Below are positions 1 to 12,470 of a stretch of DNA of 64,000 bases, piece by piece; within the stretch, counting starts at the first letter, position 1; the number at the start of each line of letters is the position of its first letter. Below the pieces are notes generated by a model. That model was not told the origin of the DNA. It saw nothing but the letters and a program-made list of their open reading frames with translations, and did no database searches. The stretch lies in the NCBI RefSeq assembly GCF_036321535.1, contig NC_087454.1:21762001-21826000 (forward strand), read 5' to 3'. The translations under genes and the position numbers were made by a program. The DNA is from Camelus dromedarius (lineage: Eukaryota).

Positions 1-458
1 ACACCTGACCAAGAGCTGAGCCAATTAGATTCTTTCTCAAGAATTTGAACCAAGCTTGGCACTTGCTCTCACGTGGAGAACATGATGATGTACTGCTCAG
101 ATCCCTGTTTAGGGCTGCTGATGGGAGACACTGCTCAGCTGTCACCCCTTTGAAGGGCGAGCCTCACCCTCCCAGGAAATCCAACCCATGATGCAAGAGC
201 TGGAAGGACCTGAGACATGGAGGCCGAAGAGACCATGTCATCCTTGAACAGAGATAAGAAGCAAGAGCCTGGAGCTCAGCGAGAGGCAGGCACGTGGCTC
301 CAGGGAGGGAGCGGATGAAGTAAGTGTCTGTGCTGATTCCTGACATCTTTCAACCCCTGGGTCCTGTGAGACACCCCTGATTCCTCCTAACACCCTGCTT
401 TGTTGAGCTAGCTTAAGTGGATTTCTACTTCTTGCCATCAAAATGTCCTTGAACAAGA
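1..458 (+). mobile_element. ERVL-class LTR fragment (LTR16/LTR33-like), truncated by window start
   Basis: gctgagccaattagattc near the start and the end motif gagctagcttaagtggatttctacttcttgccatcaaaatgtccttgaacaagaca resemble LTR16/33-group LTRs (recalled consensus). Confidence 0.5.
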
Positions 459-477
459 CATGTTGCTACTCTGTTTT

Positions 478-555
478 ATGAATAAGAAACTAATGCCCAG
501 AGAGGAGAGGCCTTCCCCGAGGTCACAGCAGGTTAATGAAAGAGCAAGGTCTCCA
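478..555 (-). mobile_element. MIR fragment
   Basis: gaaactaatgcccagagaggagaggccttccccgaggtcacagc matches the MIR core in reverse orientation. Confidence 0.5.
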
Positions 556-567
556 CCCTTTATGCCT

Positions 568-870
568 GTAACAGCTATTGAGGACCTGCTGTGTGCCATG
601 AATTGTCTCGATTTGGGGTTATACCTGTGAGCAAGGCGAACATGATCCCTCCTATCACTGAGCTGACGATCTGGTGAGAGAGAAGGACAAGTACAAGTTA
701 CAATACAGGGAGATAAAGGCTATGGAATCACTTAGAAGGGGTGCTTATCCCAGGCAGGGAACATCCGGGAAACTTCCTAGGGGAGGTGACATCTACGCCA
801 AGGCCTACAGGAGAGCAGAGCCCTCTAGGAACAGGGAACAGAATGTGAAAACACTCAGAACTGAAAGGGA
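568..870 (-). mobile_element. L2 3' fragment
   Basis: tattgaggacctgctgtgtgcca...ggaaacttcctaggggaggtgac, typical antisense L2 3' sequence. Confidence 0.55.
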
Positions 871-904
871 GTGGTGTGTGAACTCTGCGTGCTGGGGTGG
901 CCTG

Positions 905-1304
905 CTTAGCATCTTTTCCTTGGGGAGGAGAGGCCACAGCTTCTCTGGTCCTATGTTGCTTCTGGGAGATGGCCAGTTGCCTCTCCTATGTCCCTCACCA
1001 TAGGGTTAGGTCCATGACCCGCTCCAGCCCAATCAGAAACTTTCTCAAGAGTCTGCATCTCAAATGGAGACACACAGGAGTGGCAGGTGGTAAGGGCCAA
1101 GGCACTGGCAGCAGAGCCCCAAAGAGAGTCCACGCCACTCGGATCCCAGAGCTGCCCTGGGTCCTGTTGGATCTGGGGCCCAGTGTCTAGCTTTTCCTTC
1201 CATTCTGTGACCTGCTTCACTGTCTCTCCCATAAATCTCCTTGTTCTCGTTTCACTTTTTCAGAGTCAATTTTTGGTGCCTGCAACCAAATAATCCTGAT
1301 TTCA
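905..1304 (+). mobile_element. 5' LTR of ERVL provirus (LTR16-like)
   Basis: Ends in ggtgcctgcaaccaaataatcctgatttca, immediately before the PBS-like start of the internal region. Confidence 0.55.
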
Positions 1305-2524
1305 GAAATTAGTACCAGGAGTGAGATTCATGACATAACCCTTAGGGATCTGTGAGCTACTTGGAATTGGTTTTCATAACTCCATGGGGCCAAAATCAGT
1401 AAGGCTCTGGTTCATATTGTTTAACAGAAAAGCAGTTACCAGTGGTACATAGTAGTAAACGGCTAATCATGTTCCACCCTCCAGTCACCTGGGACCATAT
1501 GCCAACTGAAAGCGAGGGACTCCAGCAGCTGCCATGGGGCAATTTACAAAGGATGAAGAGGGCTGGGACCCTAGGCTGGATGGTTGTTCCTAACATTGGA
1601 TAATTTAAAGCAAGAAAATGACATGCTCAAATCAAAATGTTCGCCTCAGGGTATAGAATAAAATTCAGGGCCATTATATGAAAAAATCTTTTATTGCATA
1701 TAGTCACGGAGTTGAAATTGCTGAAGACTGAACTTAGAGATTGATTTTGAAGTTATTGAATTACAGTGTCAGTTGAATTCACACCCTCGCTATGTCCCTT
1801 CTGTGAAAGGGAGGGCCCTGCTTAGGAAACGTTAGTCTCCTATGGGAGTGGTGATATCTGGGAGGATTACCAGGACCCTAAGCTTAAGCAGCTCACTGTC
1901 CCACCCAAGAGTTCCAGCTTGACCCACCCCTCACGGATTCCCCAGGAATAGTCATAATCCAGACTCCACGTGGTCCCAACGATACAATGCAGATTCAGGG
2001 GAAGAGAAGAGTTATACCCAGAAAGAATTGCAAGAATTCACTCACTTATCCGTCTAAGGTATGAGGACGATGTGTGGGAAGGATTTGAGAATGCCTCGAT
2101 CAAGCCCGGGAGGATACAAGGCTGGACTGGGCCATGTTATTGATATGGGTGTCGTCACCAGAAATTCTGCTTTCAGGGTGCTCTTTCAGGCAGTTGGCAG
2201 ACGTTCTGACATTTGCAGAAGTCACTAATGCGGATCTGAACCAAATGATGATCTGCACTAATCGGCTAAAAAGGAGAAAATCCCTGGCATAATTAGGGGA
2301 ATGAAGGCAAAGCAACCAGAGGTGGGAACACTGAATGAAGCTGTTAGTCCACATCAACTCCAGGACGCTCTCCCTTCCCGCTCCCCTCGAGGATGCTAAC
2401 ATTGAGATAAAATTGTCACCTTGTCTTTCTTTAATCAAAAATTAGTAATGTATTTCAGATATACAAAAGGCATCAAGAAAAATGTGACAAACATCTGTGA
2501 ACCTCTTATCCAATTTAAGATATG

Positions 2525-2880
2525 AAATGCCTGAGTTCGAGTCCTCCGGGAAGCAGACACCAAGATGGGATTGAAAACGCCTGTGAAGGAAAATACTGGG
2601 GAGGCGGAGGGGTTGGGTAGGGCCGTCAATCACTACAAAGTCTGACCACAGGGAAGGACAGAGGGAAGGGAGGGAGGCTGAGCAGGAAGTGTCCCAGACT
2701 GCAGTGCAGTTGGAAGAAAGTGTCAACAAGGCTGCGGGGAAGTCCTAGAGCCGAAAGTTGCCATGAGAGGACAGGGGTGGGTGGGGGCTGCCTGGTATCC
2801 CTGCCAGGCCCACTCAGACTGGGTGCAGCCTGGGAAGTGTGGCCTTGACACAAATTCAGTGGAGGACTCAGTGCGGGGGC
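2525..2880 (-). mobile_element. LTR16/LTR33-like LTR inserted antisense into ERVL gag
   Basis: Begins tgcctgagttcgagtcctccgggaagcagacaccaagatggg, the reverse complement of the LTR16/33 3' end (compare 24690-24730). Confidence 0.55.
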
Positions 2881-3719
2881 TATCAGTCAATTATGTGCAG
2901 TAGGCGATGAGAATTTTCACGGATACGCATAACTGTCACCTCCCACATCTCTTAAATAGGCTCAGCTACTTCCTCTCTGTAGTCCAGAATTTCAGCACAA
3001 GGGCTGCTCTTGCAATGGGATTCCTAATCTTAGAGTGGATGGGAGGAGCTTGGTGGCCCAGTGCAGGTAGAGTCATGTGAAAATAGTGGGCGTGGCCAGC
3101 CCCTAACAGGCAGAGGGCTGGTGGAGGGCAGAGCTAAGGGAATCACAGGGACAGAGATCCCTGGGCATGGGAAATTAATCAAAGGTCCCTCAGGATGAAA
3201 TGAGAGAGCAGCCCACTGAGGCCTCACTTGAGTCTACAGCCCAAATCCTCTAGATTTGGTGACTCATGGGTTCCCTTGAGTAACTGGGATAGGATTCCGA
3301 GTCCAGGGCTGGTGTGGACCCAGAGCCTCTCAAATGCAGGGGTAAGCAGTGCCTTTGAACAAGGACCTGTTGCCACACTGAAGACATGATGAATCTTCCA
3401 ACTAGCCTCCCCCTGAGGAAGCTGCTGTCCTTTCCCTGGGCTGCTAAGCACAGGAAAAGTGGAGGAGATGATTAGATGTGTATCTGGCTAACTCTGACTC
3501 CTGGGGGCAGGAACACCACATGGTCTGGAGGTCGGAGCAGCACTTCAGCAGTTCAAGAATAATGCAGTTCTTACCTGAATTCACCTTGCATTAGGTTAGT
3601 GGGACTTCAACCCCCTCCAGGAGTTACTCCCCAAGTTCCTGAGAGGAAATCAAGGTGCCTGTGAGCAACAGGAAGCCCACCTCCGCTACCTGACCAGAAG
3701 ACTAGGGCAGCTACAATAG

Positions 3720-4870
3720 GAAAGGCCAGGAGGAAGCCATTTACACTCCCAATACCTACAAATACCATCAGCTAAAGTAACACTACAACCCCAAGGAGAC
3801 TGCAAAGCTGAGTGCCCCCATCAAACACCAGAAAGATGGAGTTGTGATAACCCTGGTCACACCCCTATTCTATCACACAGACCGGCCAGTGTGAAAAATG
3901 GCTTAGCCAGCAACAATGGTGCATTATAATCTGAAGCGGGTGGTGACTGTTTGCAGCTGCTGCTCCAGATGTGGTCTCCCTGGTAGAGCAAATTAATTCA
4001 GCCCCGGGGCTTGGTATTCAGTTGCTGATCTGGAAAATGGAATGTGCTCCATGTGATAAACAGAAAACACTAGAAGCTCTTTGCTTGCACCTGACCAGGA
4101 TGGTAGGAGAATGTTACTGCCCTGCCTCAGGGATGCTGGCTTTCTAGCTCATCCTACAGCCCTGGGCCATCCCCCCATCCCACTGGCATCCCCCTGCCAG
4201 TGGGCTTGTGCTCTGTATCAATAGCAAAACCTGGTAGTGTCTGACTAGAAGGAAGTCACAAGTGCCCTTGATGTCCCAGTAAGATGCACATGTGACAGAA
4301 GCTGGGACACATTTCAGGGCCTGCTACCTGAGTGAGGATCCTGCAGGTCCATGGCCTACAGAGTGTTGGAATAATCTCTTCAAACTGAAAAAGAATCTGC
4401 TGCAACTTGAACCCTCTACCTCTAAAAAGGAGGCACAACGCTCAGTGGATTTCTTTGGATTTTGGAAGCACCCTGGAGATCAACACTTCCGATGCCTTTT
4501 CTAAGCAACCTGAAAGCATTAAGCTGTGAGGAGACCCAAGCAGCGGAGCCTCTGCAGGGCCCCAGCTGTGCCGCAAGCCCCTCTACCCTCAGCCCTTGGC
4601 CAGTGGTGCTCGGAGCGTCCAGAACAGAGCACGATTCTGCACGAGCTTACCTGCAAAAAGCCCCAGAGGGAAAGTCCCAAACGAGCCTCTGGAGCTTTTG
4701 AATAAGTAGCTGTTCTCCCTTGAGGAAGTGAGTTCTTTCCACAGCTCTATAGACTGAATATCTAACCTTGAGTCACCAAGCGGTCAGCGGCCTGAGATGT
4801 CCATCCTGAACTAGATGCCATTGGGCCCCCTTGCCCAGCAGCTTCCGTCTTCAGTAACCCTGTGCATAAT
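3720..4870 (+). pseudogene. ERVL pol remnant (reverse transcriptase to RNase H)
   Basis: gcagctgctgctccagatgtggtctccctggtagagcaaattaat = AAA.PDVVSLVEQIN; ctgcctcaggga = LPQG; ORF 4292-4504 contains KKNLLQLEPSTSKKEAQRSVDFFGFWKH (ERVL KDKLLHLAPPTTKKEAQRLVGLFGFWRQH); ORF 4462-4701 contains QAAEPLQGPS...VVLGAS...QKAPEGKSQ. Confidence 0.85.
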
Positions 4871-4943
4871 CTGTGCCAGTACCCTCCTTTCTCTCCCACA
4901 TGAAAGTGACCCTCAGTATTCTAGGGTGCAGACACCGGGAATA

Positions 4944-5510
4944 TCAGAAAGGAATATTTTAGTTGCGAGTAACAGAAAACATTGACTTAAACAGTAGAAA
5001 GGCTCACATAATTTTAAAAAAATGCAGTTAACTGCTTCAGGTGAGGCTGGATCCAGCAGCCCAGTAATATCACTGGAGACCTTCTTCCTGCCTCTCCTCT
5101 CTGCTTACTGTGGTGTCAAACTTGTCCTATCATGGCCCTCTCTGGCCCCCACAGGATGGCTGTCAGCATTCCTGGTGCTACTCTGCTTCCTCCTTCAAGT
5201 CTGGTGGCAGTGAGCACAACTCTGCAGGCAACTCTCTGGAAAGCAGAGGGGCTCCTTTCCCAGAATCCTCCAACACTCTGTGTCTCGTTGGCCTGAAATG
5301 GGTCATGTGCCCATCCGTGGACCAATTCCTGTGGATGGGGAGCTTCACTGATTGGCAGCAGATATCCAGGCCTCTCCCCTGGGGCTGAAGGCAGCCAATC
5401 CTACCCAAGTAGCATGACCTAGAGTGGGAGAGGGCTGATGCTCCAAAGGAAATTCAGGGGCTTTATTGCCATAAAGTGGGGGAATGAACGCTGGGCTCTG
5501 TAAGCAGCAG
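4944..5510 (-). mobile_element. MaLR LTR (MLT1-type)
   Basis: atcagaaaggaatatttttagttgcgagtaacagaaaac...ggctggatccagcagccc, typical antisense MLT1J/K. Confidence 0.6.
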
Positions 5511-7224
5511 GCTTCACAGAGGGGACCAGGGAGGAGAAAGGAATCAGATTTGGATACAGAATCATAGTCCCATATTTTGGCCTGAATCTTATAAATTCTC
5601 AGACTCCAACCATGTTGCTGGGGTTTTTCCTCCTCTGGGGCCTCTGCTGACTGTGAGGGGCAGTCATGGCCCGTGGGTGGAGGGCAGTGGGGAAAACCTC
5701 AGAGCTGCAACTTCAGCTGTTTCTCCTGAATTCTGCTAACAAGGCTGGGAACCTGGAAACCGAGTCCTGAGGTAACACAGGCCCTTGCCTCAGGCTCTGC
5801 GCTTGGAGCCTTTTTGCCCTGCCTTGAAAGTTATTTCACTTTTCACACCTCCCTCTTTTGTTATAGAAACATTCCACCCTCAAACCCACTAATTAAACAT
5901 ACTCTAAAAAATGATATTTCTGCATTACTGTTTCAGACAAAGACACATTTGGAGTGTTTACTGGACTCCGCCGTCTCTAAGCAGAGATTGTCCCTTGGGA
6001 CGCATCTGAGTCCCGTGCCATCCTGCAGGGACCAGACTGTTTTGTTATCTTGCACCGGGTGGTGCAGGGGGAGGGGGCCGTTTCCTGTTGCCCGAGCAGC
6101 TATTTCCATTTGTTTGAATGTGTTCTCTGGGAAGCCTTCACTTTGCCCAGAAGTTATTTTTCTCTGCTATAACACTATTTTTCAGTGCAAGATAACCTGA
6201 TACCCCCAAAGCTCTACATGACTCCTTTGCAGGAAAGAGACACCTTTATCACATTACATTTTAGTTACGAACCACAGTATTTAATTGCAGGTCATTGTTT
6301 ATTACTTACATAAGCTTGTTTTCCTTGTTCAATGGCTGTGTTTTTCTATCTGTGAGAAATCGGGTGTCTTGGCAGAGGATAGAATGTGCTGTCATTTTTC
6401 CATTAAAATTAATGAAAATATTTGTTTCATTTTATGTTTTTCATCCAGGAGCAAGGTTTTCAGAAATTAAAGTCATGGAGCGAGGGACAGGTGTGTTCAC
6501 TCTGGCCTTATTGAGCCTTACCTCCTTCCTTGAGCCCTGCTCCTGACAAGGAACTCCACCTTGGCGGAGAAAGCCTCTCTGGAAGGCAGGTGCTGTCCCC
6601 AGTGGGCTCCTCCGGGCCCTCACATTTTCCCCTCGCGTCATGAGGGTATCAGTCATTCCACCCCTCCCATCCCCTAGAGCCCAGCACGGTTCAACCAAAT
6701 CTAACCCGCAGTGGGCAGGATGGGACGTGTTCTCTCTGGACAGTTCAACCTTGAGGGCATCTCCAAGATGGTGCTGGATTTCCACTTCCATCTGCAGGAG
6801 GCTGAGACCACAGGCTCTCCTGTTTGAGACATCCACGTACCAGGCGTTCAGAGCAGTCTCACCAGACCGCAGCTCTAGACTCAACTGCATTTAGAACAAG
6901 CCCCCTACTGGGCCACGGGTGGCTGGGGAGAGGGCGGGCCTGGAGGGAGGGAGACACTGTGAGGGCGCTAACACTGAAGAACTGCCATGGTGGCCCAGAT
7001 GGCTGCGGGGAGAAGGACAGAACACAGGACTGGGCTTGGGGCTGGGAGGAAGGGTTGAAGATGAAGGAGGGGCCAGTGGGCTATGGCAGGGGCGGGGCAG
7101 ATGCGGGCAATTTAGGATGTGTGGCGCATGGCGTGTGTAGGGCTCTCCAAGCAGACACGTCCAGTGGGAATGTGGATTCTATTTATAGAGTGTGTAGCGC
7201 CAGAGTCCAGAGGGAGGTCTGGAC

Positions 7225-7330
7225 TGGTCTGTCTTCCTGCTGGACTGCAGTTTTCTCAAAGGCTGGGACAGATTATTATCACTGCCCCTGGCATACAGTA
7301 GGTGCTGCACAAATGCCTATAGAATGAATG
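7225..7330 (+). mobile_element. L2 3' end
   Basis: ggcatacagtaggtgctgcacaaatgcctatagaatgaatgg. Confidence 0.6.
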
Positions 7331-7369
7331 GGTGTGCTTTAGGCCAGCCCAGGAGGGGAGTCTGGGTCT

Positions 7370-7436
7370 GTACACACCTGTGCGTGTGTATGCGCATGTG
7401 TGTGCACCTCTGTGTGTGCGTGCATGTGATGGGGAG
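7370..7436. repeat. Degenerate (TG)n tract
   Basis: tgtgcgtgtgtatgcgcatgtgtgtgcacctctgtgtgtgcgtgcatgtg. Confidence 0.8.
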
Positions 7437-8424
7437 TGGGTGTGCAACGCCAAGTGTAGTCCAGCCTGTCGCCTCACCCACGGAAGTTCCCGAGGGGCGG
7501 GCTCTCTTTCCAGCTCTATTTGTGTGACAGGTGTTGGCAGTTTATCTAACTGTGATAATGAAGAGGATAGGGGTGCTAATTCCTTCTCACTTTATTGAAT
7601 CCTCCAATCCTTCACAGCCTTAGGGCCTGAGAGGGGGGTGATTAAAAGACACTTCAGCACGCTGCTTATTGCCAATTAACAGACTCCAATAGAAACAATT
7701 AATAAAGCCACTGTGGGAGGCGCGCAGGAAGGACTCAATCCCCCAGCCTGGGCAAACCCTGCCACTTCATGGGCCCCCAGGCCCAGGTGCACACAGAGGG
7801 CCGTGCCCATGGGGCAGGTGGTTAGGGATAATGGGTGCCTGGGAGGTGGCAGAGAGATGCCCAGGCTCAGACCTGGGGGTGGGGTCCACAAGTCCACCCC
7901 AGCGATGCCAATAGACCATAGTCCCAGAAAAGGCGAGGAGGCTGCCCAAATCCCCAGGGACCACCTATACAGGGCTCATTGCACCACACAGCCCACACCC
8001 TGCTGCCCCGCCCCCACCCCCCTGGGCCAGGCAGAGCTGAGCCTGATGGGCCTCCTCTGCAGCCCAAGGCCAGGGCCCCTCCACCAGTCACTGCACCTCT
8101 TAGGGGAAGCCGGTGTGACTCTGCCCCCACCCCCAGGTCCCCACACCTTGCCTTCTCCGGGATGAAATGTGCCTCACCAGCCTGGGAGTGGCCTTGCTTC
8201 TTAAGGACAACTTTCAAGGGTTGCTGTGTGAGCTTCCAGAAGGCTCTGGCATTAGTAAGCCCACTAGTGCCAGATGCCACCCCCACTGATCCTGTGACAT
8301 CTTTAAACCAATCTTAGTGAGAAGTTTGAGGTAAAGTTGGGAAAACACAACTCAAAGGGTAAAGGCACGTGCTCGTGTAACCTCATCCCTCAGCCCGTCC
8401 GGGGCGGCCTGGCCGCGAGCCCAG

Positions 8425-8713
8425 GTCTATGCCCCACAGGCCACACACAACCTGTGTCACAGCCGCCCAATTCCACCTCGCGGTGCAGAGGCAGGGTCGA
8501 CAATATGTAAACAACTGAGCGAGGCCGTGTGCCAATAAAACTTTACTTACAATGAAATTGTAATTCCAAATAATTTTCACACGTCACAAAACATTCTTGT
8601 CTTGGTTCTTTTTCACTTACTTAAAGATGGAAAAACCATGCTTAGCTCCCAAACCGTACAAAAACAGGTGATGGGCCAGATGTCGCCCACAGGTCATAGT
8701 TTGCCAGCCCCTA
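8425..8713 (+). mobile_element. MER58B-like hAT DNA transposon
   Basis: gtgtgccaataaaactttacttacaa and terminal aaaccatgcttagctc...acaaaaacaggtgatgggccagat...gtttgccagcccct. Confidence 0.8.
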
Positions 8714-9719
8714 GTCTAGGCTTTAGGAATCTTTGGGACTCCCTGGGCATCCCAAAGAGAACTTTCCTGGGATATGACCCCTTCTGGGAACTGGGGGGCA
8801 GGGAATCTAAAGTCCCACCCCCTAACCTTTCTGGTGGAGGCAGGAAGGCAAAAAATGGGGTACAGACCTGGTTTCACCAGAGAATCACATGGCCACAAAG
8901 CATGGCCACTGGGGGACAGAGGCTGAGAGGCAGGGTATGGATGCAGAAAGAGAAACAGACATGGATGAGGAGAGATGCAGTACCCCTCCCTCCCCCCGGT
9001 TTCCGGGCAGGGCATGGACCATCCAAAACGGTGGCTAAGCCTCAACATCTGGACCTAGGACAGCCTCCTGCTCTCGCATGGGACTGTGGGCGCATCTGAT
9101 GTCCTGGGACTTCAAGGTAGATGAGAGAGAACAGACCCAGAGGGAGCTGAGAAGTTGACTTTCTCGCTTCATCCCTCTTCACCTCATTCATTCACTCAAC
9201 ATCTTCTTAGCAGCCACTAAGTGTGGCTTGTGTTTTCAGTTTGAGAAAAAGCCTCCTAGCTTTGCAGCTGTCTGTGGAAATGACCCTGGGGGAGGGGAAA
9301 TGTGTTTTGAGTTGCCCTAAGCTGCCTGGGAAGTGAGAGTAAATAGAGGGCACCCATGACAACAGGGCAGGTAAGTAATGTTCAATGTCAGAGGGGATCC
9401 CTGGGTGTTGGCAAAGCAAGTAATTTAGCAGAGCCAGTCCTATGTAGAGGCAGCAGGAAGGTGTCCCTGAAGGCTTTATATAAAAGGCAATACAGATTGA
9501 TGGGAAAGAGAGAGTGACCACTTTGTAAAACCAAGCGGTGACTTTGCCATCTGGCCCCTGTTGGGTGCTCCCCCCTTGACCCTGCCTCCCTTCCTGCCTC
9601 AGCTCCCGCAGGGCACCTTGTCAGACCGGGGACAGGTGGCGGACCCAGAACTCCACCATCCAGGCTCAAGCAGCAGGGTGAGTGGTTGATGTGGGCACCA
9701 GCCCGCTGGGTGAATTCAC

Positions 9720-10090
9720 AAGCACCTCTCTTTTTCTCATCCTGTATCTTCCAACCTCAGAAATCCTGCTGGCTCTACCTTGAAAATGTGCCCCAAATGT
9801 GACCACTTCTCCCCACCCTGCTGTCGCCCTGGACAAGCCTGGAGGAGTGCAGCTGACACCTCACTGGCCCCCCTGCCCCACAGCCAGTCCTCCAGCGAAG
9901 CCAGAGGGACACTACGCTCTCTGGTCTCCACTGGTCCCACAGCCCTGCCATCTCCAGAATGAATCCAAATTTTCAGCATGGCTAGAAACTCTGCAACCCT
10001 ATGGCCACTGCTCTCTCCCCACTGAAGCCCTTTTATGACACCCCCACCAGCCTCCCTGTTACCCCTACCTGAAGCTGCCCATCTTCCCCC
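9720..10090 (+). mobile_element. L2 fragment
   Basis: aaatcctgctggctctaccttgaaaatgtgccccaaatgtgaccacttctcc. Confidence 0.6.
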
Positions 10091-10344
10091 AGGTACCCCC
10101 CAGGCTCCCTCCCTCACCCCCTGCAGCTGTTCCCCCAGTGACTCAGCTCCCTCCCCACCTCCTCCTCATATGTCTCCCCTGTGTTTCAGCCCTCTGGCTA
10201 CTTTATCCATTTCCTGTTCATCTCCTGCTACTAGAAAAGGAAGGCCTGGGGCCTACAGATCCCCAAGGACCTCTGGATGGAATTCTGGGGGTCTGTGACT
10301 GTGGATGGGGGGAAAAAAAATCACATCTTTATTTTCACTCATCT

Positions 10345-10715
10345 GTATTATAATTTAGCACCTCCTTCCATTGTGCATGTCAGCCGCGAACCACAGTAAT
10401 TGTCATAGAACCTGTGGCTCTGTCACACATAGAATGTGCAGGTAAGTTCAAATCGTATTATAATTGTGGCAGAAATCTTGAAATATCATTTATGCTCAAC
10501 CCTACTTCAAAATGATGGTCGTTTTATTAGACCCACTGCTCGATCTTATTATTATTAATAAAGAAGCATGTGTATTACTCCATTGCAATTTTTTCTTAAT
10601 ATTTTGATAACTGCATTTTAATATAATTGATTTCCCTCGAATCTTATAAATTGTATTGCGTGGATTTACAAATGTTCTTCTGAGAAGCGGCCTATAGCCT
10701 TCCCCAGATGCCAGA
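10345..10715. mobile_element. hAT-Charlie DNA transposon fragment (MER102/MER112-like; subfamily uncertain)
   Basis: tgcattttaatataattg...ttctgagaagcggcctatagccttccccagatgccagaggcatcca. Confidence 0.55.
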
Positions 10716-10815
10716 GGCATCCACGCATAGCATCAATGAGGAGCCTCTGTTCTAGAATGTGAACTCTGTGCAGAAAGGGCCCGATGCAAAGTAGGAGCAA
10801 AATAAATGTGGGTGA

Positions 10816-10946
10816 GGGGAGGGTATAGCTCATGCAGAGCTCAAGCAGAGCACACGCTTGGCATGTACGAGGTCCTGGGTTCAATCCCCAGTACCTCCAT
10901 TAAAATAAATAAACTTAATTACCTCCTGAAACAAAGAAACAAAAAA
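10816..10946 (+). mobile_element. Vic-1-type camelid SINE
   Basis: ggggagggtatagctca...gaggtcctgggttcaatccccagtacctccattaaaataaataaacttaattacctcc, A-rich tail, gtgggtg repeated at both flanks (10808-10814, 10947-10953). Confidence 0.9.
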
Positions 10947-11007
10947 GTGGGTGGAAGAGAGGAAGGTGGGGAGAGGGACGGAAGGAGCCCGCACAGATGT
11001 GAACAAG

Positions 11008-11205
11008 ACTTAGTGGTGAGAGCAGAGCCTGAATCAAACTGTCCTGGGCAAACCCAGCTCCATGTGCTAAATGCGTCGCGGAACCAGGCAGAGCCTCAGT
11101 CTCCTCATCCGTAAGATGGACACTGTCATACCTGCTTTATACAGTTGTTGTGAAGACAAAATAGTATGCCTCGTGCACAGCCTGGTGAATGGCTAATGCT
11201 CAAGA
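11008..11205 (+). mobile_element. MIR
   Basis: gagcctcagtctcctcatccgtaagatgg...gttgttgtgaagacaaaa. Confidence 0.7.
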
Positions 11206-12339
11206 AATTATAACATATTTTGGTCAATGCCATGGCTTCCCCAGCTCTAGGCTTTTGCTCAGAGATCCAGCTTCTCAAACAGGAAGGCAAAGGCATTCCA
11301 TAGAGCTCTCCACCTGCAGAGGTCCAGGGAGTTCTAAGGAGATGCAGCCTCACTGCAGGCAGGCTGGCAGGGCTGGGCCACGGGCAGGCGCTGAGAACAG
11401 GGAGAACTGTCCATCACAGCTGGGCTGGGGGTCATGCCTGCGCATGCTCAGATAGGGGATGTGGGGGAATTCTAATCATGCACCTAGAAGAGGAATCCTC
11501 CAAGACCCTAACTTGTGAGTCTGAAGGCCATGCCAGGAAGGCATCTGGGACAAACCATTAGGAAGGGGGTCCTGAGGGCCCTGAGCAAACTTGGCCCCAC
11601 TGGCCAAGTTCCATCCCCTGTGCCCCAGTCTGGATCTCCCTGACTTACCTACCCTGAGGCTGCATCCCGGGGCCAACGTCCTTGTCCTTCCTGCTCAGGG
11701 AGGCCCAGGGCTGGCATCTCTTGGCTGCCTAGGGCGCCCTCTTACCTGAGGTCCTGCTTCCCAACTTTTTGCCCATCACAACACAGAAAATGAGAGCCAT
11801 TTTCAAGGCAGAGTGTGGACAAGAATGAGGAAGCCAGAGACAAGCAGCCTCGCCAGCACCCTGAGGGCCAAGGACACACCTCACAGCAGCCTCCTAGTCC
11901 CTAAACAGACCAATGTCCTCTTGCCTTGGGGCTCTTGCCGTTGCCAGGCTCCCTGCTCTACGTCCAAACATCCACATGATTTGTCACCACCACTTCCTCT
12001 CATCTCCGCCTAAGTGCCAGCCGTGTCCACAACCTGCCAGAGATCTGAGGTGGTGGGATGATCCTGGCTTCAGAATAGTTCATCTGTAAATGGGACAGTA
12101 CCATTGGCTTCCTGGGGTTCACCGTGAGGACAGAGGTGGTGTCTGGGCTCTCATGGGTGGAGTAGGCACAAGCGACTAGGGCCCTAGTATGACTGGTGCC
12201 CCAACCCAGGCTCTGCCTGGGTCTCCTACCAGTTGCTCTGGGCTGGGACTTCCATACAAGAAGAGGCCCATCCCTCCTGGACCTCAAGTGGACCAAGCCC
12301 ACCTGCTTGCTCTGCCTTACAGCTTCCCCAGCACAAGAG

Positions 12340-12470
12340 CAGGCTTTGCTCATTGGCTCCTCCTACTACCCTTTGAGGGAACTGAGTGGATGTCCTTGCA
12401 CCCATTTTACAGATGGGGAATCAAGGCCTCACGGGGCAAGGTGACATAGTGCCCAGGTCTTGCCTGCCTT
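12340..12470 (-). mobile_element. MIR fragment
   Basis: cccattttacagatggggaatcaaggcctca. Confidence 0.6.

Larger units (their letters stand above)
1305..4870 (+). mobile_element. Degenerate ERVL internal region (gag-pro-pol; ERV3-16A3/ERVL-like), interrupted by later insertions
   Basis: PBS-like aattagtaccaggagtg at ~1307. Gag-like segments at ~1760-1830 (ttgaattcacaccctcgctatgtcccttctgtgaaagggagggccctgcttaggaa ~ LNSQPRRVS.VKVRALIGK) and ~2020-2150 (KEL.EF...VWE.I...LD.A.FIDMG). Protease-like segment at ~3430-3650. Pol follows from ~3720. Many stops and frameshifts. Confidence 0.85.

Noticed and set aside
6441-6890. Coding-looking segment (QMEVEIQHHLGDALKVELSRE on minus; GQFNLEGISKMVLDFHFHLQ on plus)
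   Set aside because: No protein family recognised in any frame, the plus frame has stops and there is no convincing splice pair; a blastx would settle it
10816-10946. tRNA-like A and B boxes (also at 37039 and 46104)
   Set aside because: These are tRNA-derived Vic-1 SINEs with A tails and TSDs, not tRNA genes
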